Positions 1-12,100 of a DNA stretch of 64,000 bases are shown here, piece after piece; position 1 is the stretch's first letter; each line of letters opens with the position of its first letter. A program made the translations under genes and the position numbers. This DNA comes from Antedon mediterranea. Lineage: Eukaryota > Animalia > Echinodermata. The notes below the pieces were generated by a model. It ran no database searches. It was not told the origin of the DNA and saw only the letters and a list, made by a program, of their open reading frames with translations. The stretch lies in assembly GCF_964355755.1 (NCBI RefSeq), contig NC_092674.1, positions 21,390,001-21,454,000 of the forward strand, written 5' to 3'.

Positions 1-1930
1 ATAATTTTCGACAATAATTTGTTTGTCAATGTCATACACGATTTGATAGTCTTTAGTTGATGTTTCACAGTTTCGTCGACTATCTTACGAGTTTTTGGTT
101 TACGCGCTATACGATTCTTCTCAACTGACTTAATTGTATCAGGGCCTATACCCCTTACCATATTGGAGACGTGACCTTTACGTATCTCGTACCCAACTTC
201 CACGGCTTTAGTGACCTCGATCGATGGCCAAGTGCCCGTAATTTTTACCAGATACCAGAATGATTGCAGGCGGATTGTTGAGAGTCTATGCATGTTCTAC
301 AGAGAGCAAACATTAATTTACCATTTGATCTATAAGGCAAGACCGGATGGAATACCTGTGGACATATCGTTGCGATCAGTGATTTCAGGATGCCCTATCG
401 GGTAGGTACTGTATTTATTAATATGGGTACAAGGACATATAATCGATGTAATGAATTTCTTCACCTGGTTTTTACCTTATAGAACAAAAAGCTGGCATTA
501 GTCCTCCCACCCACCTTCGGGTGCCAGCGATTGTTTGATCCATTTCCAATCGTGTTCCAAAATACTTTTTTAGTTTGGAGATGCCAAGAGTTTTCGCTTT
601 TTTTAGCTATCATAACCCTGGAAGTTGTGAGCGATACACATAATGTTGTCATTATATTTGTACTTTTTAAATACATAATACGAAAAATTAAGACACGTTT
701 TCTGAAGAACGCATAAATTTGGTTTGTGCTCGCCAGTTTTTGCGTACATTCAAAATCGAAAAAGAACTATTTAGTGACAGACCTTTTTGGTCCTTCTGAT
801 TCTTAAACTTTTTTTCAGTATGCTTAGAGGCTACAACCGGTTCCATGTAGCATTGATGATCGTATGAAACGAAAGTGCTACAAATTCTAAAAAAACGGTT
901 TTGACAACTGTGATCTTTTTGAACGATCCTATTACAATTTTTTCACATACTGAAACTTGTTTAGAAACAGGAGATTTTTTGATTGGCAAAACATTGCTTA
1001 TGCTTAAAAAATCTATTGCACTCTTTACACCTACAGTATTTACAGATGTGTTAGTAGAGGGACAGTCAATGTGCTTACACAGTACGCATGTGAATTTTAC
1101 TGTACAATTGTGAGAATATTTAAGACACCTATCACAAAAATACACACACTTTAGAAATCCTGTTACAGTTGTTATAAGGTCGTAGTGATTGGTAATTTGG
1201 ATTGCATCTTTTTTAATTCGTCGATGCCACATGTCTACCCCCAAATCCCGATTCTCTAAGTAAAAGATGGGCGGCTATTTTTTGTTGACCCCTACTCTTC
1301 CTAACGTTATCCCATCTAGTAACATTGTTAATTTTGTCTTAGAGCGTGGAAATACCCGGAACAAGTGCGTGTGCACAGCAGATAGTTTCGTTATCATTAT
1401 TCTTAATCTTAATTACACTTTGAGAATTAAACAGTTTGTCGATACCGTTTCTATGATGACCCCACCCCTAGGCATTCTCATATGGAGAACGTTAAATTTA
1501 AAATTTGTTATTAATAAAAATATCCATTTTGGACTGAAGGACCTTCATAATGGCTGCGAAGATAACGTCAGCCGTCAGATGGTTCCTACGCCCAAAAGGA
1601 ATAGAGATAGGTGTATCCAGCCCTTCAGCCTGTATGACTATTCGAAGCATTTCGAAGACATGTACGTTAGTGCAAAGATTATCGACGAAATGCTCGAAAA
1701 GTCTATACAGATTGGGCAGGAACACCTTTAGCCTAAACTTAAATGTTCAACATTGAAAAATCGCTAATAGTAGCGTTGAATCGTTGGTTTACCCTATCAG
1801 CTAATCTGTTTATGGAGCAGAAATAAGAAAATCTACCTCGTCCAGATTCTTCGATTTCATCTTCGTCCACGACTTTTTCTTCTTCAACGATTCTTAGCCT
1901 TTTTATAGAACAATACATCCTTTTCCGTAT
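1..1930 (-). mobile_element. Decayed Polinton/Maverick (adintovirus-like) protein-primed DNA polymerase B gene with frameshifts and internal deletions
   Basis: Minus-strand fragments occur in the expected pPolB order: LDTPISIPF..LTADVIFAAIMKVLQS (~1500-1620), MPRGG and SVIKIKNNDNETICCAHAL (~1365-1490), HYDLITTVTGFLKCVYFCDRC (~1130-1190), exonuclease CIAHNFQGYDS (~605-645), GGRTNA then YIDYMSLYPYINKYSTYPIGHP (~390-515), LPYRSNGKLMFALCRTC and GTWPSIEVTKAVEVGYEI (~185-345), and the C-terminal KDYQIVYD..KQIIVENY (1-55). Confidence 0.85.
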
Positions 1931-3439
1931 TGCATCGGAACAGACTAGGGGGAAAAAGAGTAAAACATGGATACAAGGATAAAAGGAAACTATATCCATC
2001 CCAACTTGGGAAATTGTGTTGCTGTCTTATAACAATGCCGTAAAGAAAAGAGAAATGATAGGCCTAATACATAAGTGTGATAATAATAATAACAATAATA
2101 AATTCCCATATCTTTGATATCTTTCATTATAGTCTCGTATGCCCCTTGGGAGGAAGGAGAGACAAAGACGATGAACGGTAAAGAAATAAAAGACGCAATA
2201 AAACATTAAAGAACAAGAAAAATAAACGATAGTTACCTCAATATCCGAAGCCTCCAGTGGATCACTATCTTCAACAGTTACCCCCTTGGCACTTTCCCCC
2301 ATTTTTAAATATTTCGTGTGAGCACCAACACTGTACTAGAGAAAAAAAAAGAATAAATAAATTGGAAAGGAAACGCACAGAAACTGTAAACGCAGAAAAA
2401 TGTTGTTAACACAGTCGGTTACACAAGCTACTTTATTATGACCTTTACAGGAATTAAAAGATAAAATATAAAAACACTTACTTCTACGTGATCATTTGGT
2501 AAACTTTCTTGTACAATCTCTATGGCATTACCGCATACATCCATAAGAGAAAGGCTACCGGCCTCAGAAAGACTTTGACCGGTAAGTCAACATCTGGGAT
2601 CACGTCAATATTAATAGCATTAGCCCGCGAAATAGCAGCTCTTTGACATTCGATAAATAAACTATCAGATGAAGTTGAAGCGTATTGAGACATTGAAAAA
2701 CTTGGAAATTCAGTAACAAAACCTGGAAAATCAGTAAACGAACAAAGCATTAAATCAATTAACACTATTTTTATACTACCCCTTCATTAAAAGAAAAAAA
2801 CAAAGGCAATCAGTACTTCCTTTAGAAAATGTAGACACTACAGTATTACGATTGCTCAAACACCCTTTTAATAAATAGGAAGCCCCTCCCATAACAGTGA
2901 CCAACAGATTATAAACATTCACTCAAAACATGGAACCAGGAAACACCTTAATTAATACACAAAGGGGATAAGGAGAAATCATGAATTTGTAATGGTCAAC
3001 CAAAAATTACACGCCAGAAAAATATATAAGAGCACTGAAAAAAAAAAACAACCGAAAACAAATGTAGAAAAAAAACCCAAAAATGTATTTTAAAAATACG
3101 GTAGGCCTACATGAAGAATAAAAAGAAAGAAGAAATTATGTAGGAACGAAATCAAGGGCAAGTTCCCAATTCTCCTCTTTCATCTCATCTATTTTTTTCT
3201 TTAGTAGGTACCACAACATGGAGTCGGGTACCGCCTTTTGAATGTACTTGCAACATATTGTATAGTCTAATACATTTGTTATGCATTCTCCATTGGTATT
3301 TGTGAGAAATCCATCTTATACAATACAATAATTTAAGAAAAAAAACTACTACTATACTATAATTACAAGGAGCTAGAGAGAGAGAGGGGATAGAAGGGGG
3401 GAAAGGCTTCTCGAGGGAGACAAAGGAAACACTTGGTTA

Positions 3440-3850
3440 AGGTCATATTAATTAAAAGTGACCATCACAAATAATAACATTGGACAAAGAAAAGAACAAA
3501 ATATTAATTTAACACTCTCACACCATCTCAAATCAAGTAATGACGTCACTTGCCACGTACCAGGTAAATTGTTAAACAGAGGAAACGGCGCTTAAACACC
3601 ACCACACACCCCTCTAACAAAGAAAGACCATTAATTATGAATAATTTAATTATTAAAACAACAGGAAACTCAAATAAATTAAATAATTAGTTTAATTAAG
3701 CAATTAAAAAGTGTCCTGGTTTACAACATATACTTCTTATATTAATTAAAAGTGACCATTGCAAATAATAAAATTGGTCAAAATGGAAAAAACACACCAA
3801 GATATGAATTAAATTACTCTAAACAAAGAAAGACCTTCATTAATTATGAA
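3440..3850. repeat. Short imperfect direct repeats in an AT-rich region next to the Polinton relic
   Basis: ATATTAATTAAAAGTGACCAT occurs at ~3445 and ~3739; AACAAAGAAAGACC..TTAATTATGAAT occurs at ~3616 and ~3822. Confidence 0.5.
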
Positions 3851-3959
3851 TATACCACTGGAAAAGGCAAAAATAAATATTAATTTAGAAAATAATTGAA
3901 CATTAATTTTGGACTTGTTTTGCATTAATGTTTAATCAGTGTTTAGCAATTGATTCTCA

Positions 3960-5870
3960 ATTAAGGGGGTGGTGTAGTGCACCTAGACGCAAACAAAGAA
4001 AAGAAAGAGTAAAACAGAGAGTGATAACCAAACAAGCTGCGTAAAATACAGCAAATGCAGTTGCACTTCACTACAGGATGAGCTGACAAAAAACTTGAGC
4101 GGGAATTTACTAGCCCAAGTTAAACATTGGAATACACAATGCAAAGGTAAGGTAAAAAAGGAACTATTTTACGTAACAGCAAAAGTAAAGAAACACAAAA
4201 GCCAGGAACTAGAAAATAAGCATGAGAAATTGTCTCACAAGTCATGACAGCTGACAACACTGACGATGAAGCTGGTCGAAGTAGCATGGTAATTGTGGGG
4301 CTCATCTATCTATCGACACAATTAAACCTAGCTAAAAAGTAACATAATTGTGCTTATTATCTTTTCCACCGCACACATCCCACAAATTACAACCCCTGGA
4401 TAGAGTGTTTATGGGCCGCTAAAACAATACTATATGCAACCAGACAAGAAGCCTGGATGAGGAATAATCATGGAAAGCCAATGAACATCTACAGTATGAT
4501 ATACCAGTGTTAGCCAAAGTTGCGCTTCCTAAAGCAAACGCACCGACCAATATAAAAAATGGGTTTAAGTGTGTCATCGTTCCATTCAACAGTGATATTT
4601 TCGAGGGTCATGAATGTGCACCATCCACCACAACTTACAGTCAAGATCCTCTTGAAAATAACACATCAACTTCTCAGAATAGTGCTACATCAACGGCTGC
4701 AAAAACAAGTACCGCATCAACGTCTCAAACAACAAACAACGCATCAACGTCTGTAACAACAAGCACAGCATCAACATCTGTAACAAGCACCGCATTAACG
4801 TCTCGAACAACAAGTACCGCATCAACGTCTCGAACAACAAGCAATGCATCAACGTCTCGAACAACAAGCACCGCATCAACGTCTGTAAAAGCACCACATC
4901 AACATCTGTAAAAGCACCGCATCAACGTCTGTAACAACAAGCACCGGATCAACGTCTGTAACAACAAGCACCACATCAACGTCTGTAACAAGCACTGCAT
5001 CAACGTCTGTAACAACAAGTACCGCATCAAATTCTCGAACAACAAGTACCACATCGACGTATCGAACAACAAGCACCACATCAACTTCTCGAACAACAAG
5101 CACCGCATCAACGTCTGTAAAAGCACCGCATCAACATCTGTAAAAGCACCGCATCAACGTCTGTAACAACAAGCACCGGATCAACGTCTGTAACAACAAG
5201 CACCGCATCAACGTCTGTAACAACAAGCACCGCATCAACGTCTGTAACAACAAGTACCGCATCAAATTCTCGAACAACAAGTACCACATCGACGTATCGA
5301 ACAACAAGCACCACATCAACTTCTCGAACAACAAGTACTGTACCGCATCAACAAATGCGCTATTACAACGAACACCCATGTCAAGAATGTCCAAGAAACA
5401 AAAACAATCTAAACAAGAATGTTGGTGCTATCTAAGAACAAAGTAAAAGTGCTGATAAATCTGTAGAAGAGGAGGATGAGCGTTATTGTCTTGTTTGTGA
5501 TAAAACACACAGTTCAAGTAGACCTGGAGAATTCTAGGTCATGTTCATTTGTCGTCTTGAATGGACACCGGTATAGAGAGAGGAGCAACATAGGCTTTCC
5601 ATCATTGCAAGTAAAAAACGGTGTACTGTACATATTTTGATTGACACTAGAAGATGATTTAATGTAGCTGTCTTGTTGACACAGAATCATTAGAATATAA
5701 CTCATAATGTACTCTAATAATGTAATCTACTAGATATTTTAGTAACTTTAGCTAGTACAGTAATTGTATGCACTTTAGTTGGCTATCACACACCTTCATA
5801 TTAAAGACTTTTTTTACAAAAAATTACGAAAAAATTATGCAACTGACACCACTCTCCCCCACTTCTCCAA
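3960..5870 (+). mobile_element. Degenerate pogo/Tigger-like DDE_1 transposon with a C-terminal PHD-like remnant
   Basis: ~4350-4640 encodes, across frameshifts, LLSFPPHTSHKLQPLDRVF..QEAWMRNNHGKPMNIY..NIKNGF..PFNSDIF..APS, which matches the pogo-family DDE_1 C-terminus. ~5465-5560 encodes EEEDERYCLVCDKTHSSSRPGE, a PHD-like start. Element ends are approximate. Confidence 0.7.
4685..5355 (+). repeat. 24-27 bp minisatellite (AACAACAAGCACCGCATCAACGTCTGT) with higher-order duplication; encodes Thr/Ser-rich repeats
   Basis: About 25 tandem units are visible directly. Block ~4876-5110 is repeated at ~5110-5345. ORF 4507..4911 reads TSTASTSVTT/TSTASTSRTT repeats. Confidence 0.9.
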
Positions 5871-5982
5871 AGACTACTGCGTGGTACTCATCCCAAAGAT
5901 TAAACATATTTTTCTTTCCACAAGAACTACAGGTCCAAGACTTCCTTTCATAAACATTTATTTTGGATTAGGCTGAACTGTG

Positions 5983-6190
5983 CAGGCCTTGTCTTTTGAA
6001 AATCATAGGTGTGCTACAAATTGCACTCCTCAATACATTCAGGGGTGCTGTAGGTGTGCTGTTTGTATTTTGGTGTGGAGAAGTTAAGGCCAAATTAAGG
6101 CATGTTGTAAATCGCACTCCTCAAGGGCAGTTTACATAGGAGTGTGTTAGGCGAGTGATCGCACTCACTCGCCTTAAAAGACAAGGCCTG
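5983..6190. mobile_element. MITE with 15-bp TIRs and an apparent 6-bp TSD
   Basis: CAGGCCTTGTCTTTT (5983-5997) pairs with AAAAGACAAGGCCTG (6176-6190). ACTGTG lies on both flanks (5977-5982 and 6191-6196). Confidence 0.75.
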
Positions 6191-6922
6191 ACTGTGCCTG
6201 CTTTATGTACTCTATGTTTTGGACTGACTATTTGCCCATTTCGAGTTGTTTCTATTTAAAACCAAACAAACTGTCGCAACAATGTGTACACCTTAACGAT
6301 AACTTCTTAGAAGAGGAAATTGGTTGCCTCAATTGTTTATACTGTATTAAGAGATCCGTCCTGATTTAAAGAACACTACAAAGATGCCACAGAACCAAAT
6401 CACTCGCATACCTCCAACATAACTCAGCACGGTGCAGTTCAATCACACCCCAGACTGGCTAAACACACACATACAGTATTACAAACAGAAAAAAGGACAC
6501 ATTACTATATGGCTAAGCCATCTGGATCAATACAAAAAAGAAGGTGCAATAAATTACAGTATCTAACATTTGAAATTGTAGTTTCTAAAACGACTTGTTT
6601 GTAGCGGGTGCTATTCAGCATATCATCTGATCATGGATACTGTAGTTTAGATTACAGTAATTCCGTCATAGTAATTCCATCACAAGTACGTATTTATATT
6701 ATATTTTTTTGACTTCCAATTATACAGTTAATACAGTAAAACCCTACTGTAGAAAAAGCTTCTATTTTAGATTACTTAAAATTGCAAACGGAAATCTGAC
6801 TAAAGACAAACTTACACTAATCACATTCTTTGTCATGGCTTCTCCAGTACAATGTAAAACAATTATCACAATGTTCTAATTTAAACAGCATCATCTCTAC
6901 CGTGTATTTTAAAAAAACCCAT

Positions 6923-8692
6923 TCAAATTGCAATTTCATTTTCCTCATTTTTCACATCTAACGGCAACTTCCGTGAATGTATTTTCTTATGCTTTTTCAA
7001 GTAATCATTATCAGTAAATGTTTTGCCACAATGTTCACATAGAAATGATTTTACCTCTGAATGTAATCTTAAATGTCTTCTTAAATTATTATTTCGTTTA
7101 AATTCCTTACCACAGTGTTCACAAATAAAAAGGACTTCTCTTGTATGTACACTTAAATGGTTTTTTAAATAGACACTTTCACGAAATGTTTTACCACAAT
7201 GTTCACATTGAAAAGGCATCTCTCTTGTATGTATTTTTAAATGCTTTTTCAGATAGCTCCTATCACGAAATTTCTTTCCACAATTTTCACATTCATGCGT
7301 TTCTTCTGTATGCGTTATTAAGTGTCTTTTTAAATTAGTATATCGGTTAAATTTCTTTCCACAATGTTCACACTCAAATGGCATCTCTCCAGTGTGTATT
7401 ATTAAATGCCTATTCAAATCACCTTGGCTGCCAAATTTCTTCTTACAATTTTCACATTCAAAGTGTGTGTTTGCCGTTTTTAATGTTGCATGTGATATCT
7501 CTTCATGTTTTTTCAAATGTTTTTTTAAGTACTCAATATCACGAAATTTCTTTCCACATTTTTCACATTCTTGCATAGCTTCTGTGTGCGTTTTTAAATG
7601 TCTTTTTAAATTACTACGCCGGTTAAATTTTTTTCCACAAACATCACATTCAAACACTGTCTCTCCTGTGTGTATTTTTAAATGCCTGTTAAAATCTCCA
7701 CTATTGCAAATTTGCTTACCACAATGTTCACATTGAAATGGAGTATTTCCTGTATGTATTTTCAAATGCTTTGTTAATGCACCATTAATGTGAAATTTCT
7801 TTCCACATTTTTCACATTCCAATGGCATTTCTCCTGTATGTGTTTTTAAATGTCTATTGAAATGATAATGTTTGTTGAACTTTTTTCCACAATGTTCACA
7901 TTCATGTATCTCTTCTGTATGTGTCGCTGAATGTCTTTTTAAATTACTTGCTAGGTTAAATTTTTTCCCACAATCTTCACATTCATATAACATGATATTT
8001 CTGGTATGTATTCTCAAATGCTTTTTGAAATGGCCACCTTTGTGAAATTTCTTTCCACAACTCTCACATTCAAATGGCACCTTTCCTGTGTGTATTTTCA
8101 AGTGTTTTTTCAAATATTCCTTATCTCGAAATTTCTTTCTACAATGTTCACATTCATACAGCATTTCTTCTTTATGCGTTACTAAATGTCTTTTTAAATT
8201 ACTGCTTAGGCTAAATTTCTTCCCACAATCTTCACATTCATGTGGCTTCTCTCCAGTGTGTATTCTCAAATGTCTTTTCAAATCCCCACTATTGTAAAAT
8301 TTCTTTTCACAATGTTTACACTCAAATGACCTCACTCCTGCATGTATTCTCAAATGCTTTACCAAATAACAACTATCTCGAAACTTCTTCCCACAATGTT
8401 CACATCCATATGGCATCTCTGCAGTACTAGTATGTGTTTTTAAATGTCTTTTCAAATTAAAATCGCGATTAAATTTTTTTCCACAATGTTCACATTCGAA
8501 TGGCTTCTTTCCTGTGTGTATTTTTAAATGTCTATTAAAATCACCAACTAGGATAAACTTTTTTCCACACTGTTCACATACATATGGCATCTTTTCTTTA
8601 AGTTTTTTTAAATTAATATCCTTGTGAGTTGCATTCTCCACTACTAACTGCCCATACTCTTCAAGAACTTCTTTCTTAATGTATACCGACAT
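6923..8692 (-). CDS. C2H2 zinc-finger array protein (19 fingers)
   Basis: 589-aa ORF with 19 CxxC-x12-HxxxH fingers and TGEKP-like linkers. A splice acceptor (aattttacag) lies at ~8878, so the exon extends upstream of the annotated Met. Confidence 0.92.
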   Translation of the reverse strand: MSVYIKKEVLEEYGQLVVENATHKDINLKKLKEKMPYVCEQCGKKFILVGDFNRHLKIHTGKKPFECEHCGKKFNRDFNLKRHLKTHTSTAEMPYGCEHCGKKFRDSCYLVKHLRIHAGVRSFECKHCEKKFYNSGDLKRHLRIHTGEKPHECEDCGKKFSLSSNLKRHLVTHKEEMLYECEHCRKKFRDKEYLKKHLKIHTGKVPFECESCGKKFHKGGHFKKHLRIHTRNIMLYECEDCGKKFNLASNLKRHSATHTEEIHECEHCGKKFNKHYHFNRHLKTHTGEMPLECEKCGKKFHINGALTKHLKIHTGNTPFQCEHCGKQICNSGDFNRHLKIHTGETVFECDVCGKKFNRRSNLKRHLKTHTEAMQECEKCGKKFRDIEYLKKHLKKHEEISHATLKTANTHFECENCKKKFGSQGDLNRHLIIHTGEMPFECEHCGKKFNRYTNLKRHLITHTEETHECENCGKKFRDRSYLKKHLKIHTREMPFQCEHCGKTFRESVYLKNHLSVHTREVLFICEHCGKEFKRNNNLRRHLRLHSEVKSFLCEHCGKTFTDNDYLKKHKKIHSRKLPLDVKNEENEIAI

Positions 8693-9153
8693 TTTTAAAC
8701 TTGGCTCAAAACTGTCTTCACACTGTTTAAAACAATTATGCTTTAGAGTATTGTCTTGCGTTTCTGTTTCAGATTTTTAGAATTCTGATTGGATAATTCA
8801 CCGGAATCTGCAGGCACATTTTCCCTCAATTCCATTGTTGTCATGACTGTTCTTTCATTAGCATCAAGTGAAATTCACTGTAAAATTGTGAAGAAGGTTT
8901 ACTAAAAGTAACTGATAACATTTTGTCATTGATATAGAGGTAAAGAACGATGTACATAGGCCAAAGAATTTTAATATTTTTTATCCAATGTTAATGGTTA
9001 TCATCCATTTTTGACGTTTCCTAAAGGAAGAATGTGATTGTGCTGCGCAGTAGTTTTGTATTTTTATGTATTTTTTTAAATATTTATAATATATCTGTCA
9101 GAAGGCATTAATTGTTTTTATGTTGAGGGGACCCCTGAGGATGTAAATCCCTA

Positions 9154-12100
9154 GCTACGCTCGCGCTAACCGCTCGCCAATTCGCCAATGGCGACTGGAG
9201 TCTCCATTTGGCGAAAATAATTATTGCCTCGTTCGCCAAATTGGCGAAAATACATTTCCAAGCCTAGGCCTAGCCTGGTCGGCGTGACTTCTTATGGGAG
9301 CGAGAATTCGCCACACTTCGGTACTTTCTGACTCGGGTACACTTTTTACCACCACAGCATTATATGTGACGATGACGTCACGATTGCCGTGTTCAATTTT
9401 TTAGTTCTGTTTAAACATGCGCAGAGCGTGCCTCGATGACGTTTTTAATGACACACAGTTAATGTGATTGGTTCGTGGCCGGCCGTCGTCAACGTGATGA
9501 TGAGCGAATAAAAGGGGAAGCTCCTATTCTTCGACGTAGAAAATGAACTTCGAGAAGAAAATGTAAACAGAAACATGTGGACGAATACTTCCGTAAACGA
9601 GGCTGTTCTGTTATTTAAAAAGGGGAATTTTAAATTTAACAAAGTAATTACCTCAATAGTATAATGTTAACATGTTTAATTTTATTTCCTTTTCAATCAT
9701 TCTAACCGAAATACTCTAGTAGCTAGATCAACTTTCGTATGCACTTTGAGGTCCAGAGAATTTGACTTCAGAAATTGGTTTAGGGTGGTCAAACAATCAT
9801 TTTTGGCTTGGTTACACATTTTGAAAATGTGGCGAAAGGTCAAAAGGTCAGGGTGAAAGGTCAAAAGACCAAACACCAATATGTCCTTAAATCTCAACAA
9901 CTACTGGTCACAGCGAAGTAATTTTGGTCTCAAATTGATCAGAAGATATACATTTATATTCAGTCTAATGGGACATTTTAGTCAAAAATGACCGGAAATG
10001 CCATTTCTGACCTTTGACCCACACCTCAGGGCATGTATGTATCTCCGTAACTACTGACCGTAGACACTTAAATTTGGTCTTAAATTGTTTGAAATAAATA
10101 TTTATTATTTGTAGCACATTTTTTAAAATGTTACAAAGGTCAAAGGGTCAAGGTCAAAGGTTATATGAACAAATAAAAATAGATACTTGTATCTCGGCAA
10201 CCACTCGTCGCAGCAAGTCAATTTTAGTCTCAAAATGTTCAGAAGGCATGCTTTCATATTCAATCTAATGGGACATTTTAGTCAAAAATGATCAGAAATG
10301 CCATTTCTGACCTTTGACCCACATATCATGGCATCTTCATATCTCTGTAAGTACTGGTCGTAGAAACTTAAATTTGGTATCAAATTGTTCGAAATATACA
10401 TATTTACATTCATTGTAATAGAAAATGTGGTTAAAAGATGAACAGAAATACTATTACTAATGTTTCAAACAAAAAACATATCTCTACATAACTTATCCTT
10501 AGACAGTAATGTTATGCAATAACTGATACTTTAAATTGTTTCAATTTCAAGTACTAGTTATTGCTGTCCCCAAGAACATTTTGATAGAAACGTCAACCTC
10601 AACAGTTCTTTTCAGAATGCTAGAAGTAACTTGCCATGTGTATCCGATTAAACTCCCCGGGCATTTATTGTTCAAAGGGGTTTTTAGGGGCAGGGGAGGC
10701 ATCTTTATTTGTGGTATAATATGGTAATATGTATAATCAAATAAATACCACCTAGATGTAAAAAAAAATACAGCACAATTAATATCAAAAAGTTAAAAAA
10801 AATGCTTGGTAAATTGTAGATTATGGTAGTTAATGTAATGTGTTGTGATACAATTATTGTGTAAATGCATGTGGCGGGCGTATTCCACATGGTGTTCTAT
10901 TAGAGGGAATGGTGGCATTTATTTGAGAGAGGCTTTTATTCAAAGCGGGTGTATACTCTAATTTTAATAATTATAATTCGTTTCTCAACTGATAAAAGGT
11001 ACTTTACATGATTCGTTTTCTTCTTTATGCTTTTTAACGAAATGATTCTGTCTTTTAGAATAAAAGTGACACTGTCATAGATAACATTAAATGGATCTTC
11101 TCTTCCAGGTGCCAGTATAATGATATAAAACAATGACATATCATTATCCTGACACAATTGCACTCATAATGGATCTTCATTCTATCATCTGTTTGTTTGT
11201 GACTACAATTTGACAACAATCTTTTGCATATTTTTAAATGCCAATACATAGCTTCATTACTATTGTACAATATGTCCAGCTTTCCTGAAAACACCCTTGT
11301 GTACTGTAGTACAGTGTTGTAGTATGATTTTATCATGATAACTGATGCTTTTATTGTCAATGAATTCAGTACCTAAAACATGTCAAAGTTTCTAGTGGTA
11401 TTGATAATAAATCTCCAGAAACATATATTGTTTTATTATCTACACTGGGAACAGACGTGTATAATATACACCGACAAAACTTATACATATTATGTATAAG
11501 TTTTGTCGGTAACATTCAAAAATATTATGCAACAGTGTTACGGAATAATGACAATGAATTGGTCTATTATAGTTGTCTGTGATACCTTTTATTACATGAT
11601 TGTACTTGCAACAGGATAGAATGAGGTTTAATCCAGTTATTATTCTTATTTTATTAATTTTTTTTTTATCTGGGGTGTATTTATTTGATTATACATGTTA
11701 CCATTATTACACCCAAACAAAATAAACGCCTTCCCTGAATAACTAAATGCCCGGACCTTTTATTCGGGTAACTATAGTAAGTTACTTCTAGCATTCTTAA
11801 CTGTTGAGCTCGAGTATTTATTCGAATTAACACCCGCTTTGAATAAAAGCCTGCATTCCCTCCAATAGAACATCATGTGGAATAAACGCTCCGCCACATG
11901 CATTTACAAAATAATTGTATCACAACACATTTCATTAATTACCATAATCTACAATTTACCAAGCATTTTGACATAATGTTATCATTTTTTTATATTAATT
12001 GTGCTGTATTTTTTACATCTAGGTGGTATTTATTTGATTATACATGTTACCATATTATACCCCAAATAAAGATGCCTCCCCTCCCCCTAAAAACCCTTTT

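Noticed and set aside
1267-1731. 154-aa plus-strand ORF
   Set aside because: It is antisense to recognisable Polinton pPolB N-terminal motifs.
3330-3960. Polinton terminal inverted repeat
   Set aside because: No clear terminal motif or partner repeat is visible within the window.
4685-5355. CRISPR-like array or mucin gene
   Set aside because: Units are contiguous with no unique spacers, there are no cas genes, and the context is eukaryotic. The array lies inside a decayed transposase and has no signal peptide.
7141-8430. Plus-strand ORFs overlapping the zinc-finger gene
   Set aside because: They are antisense shadows of the periodic zinc-finger codons.
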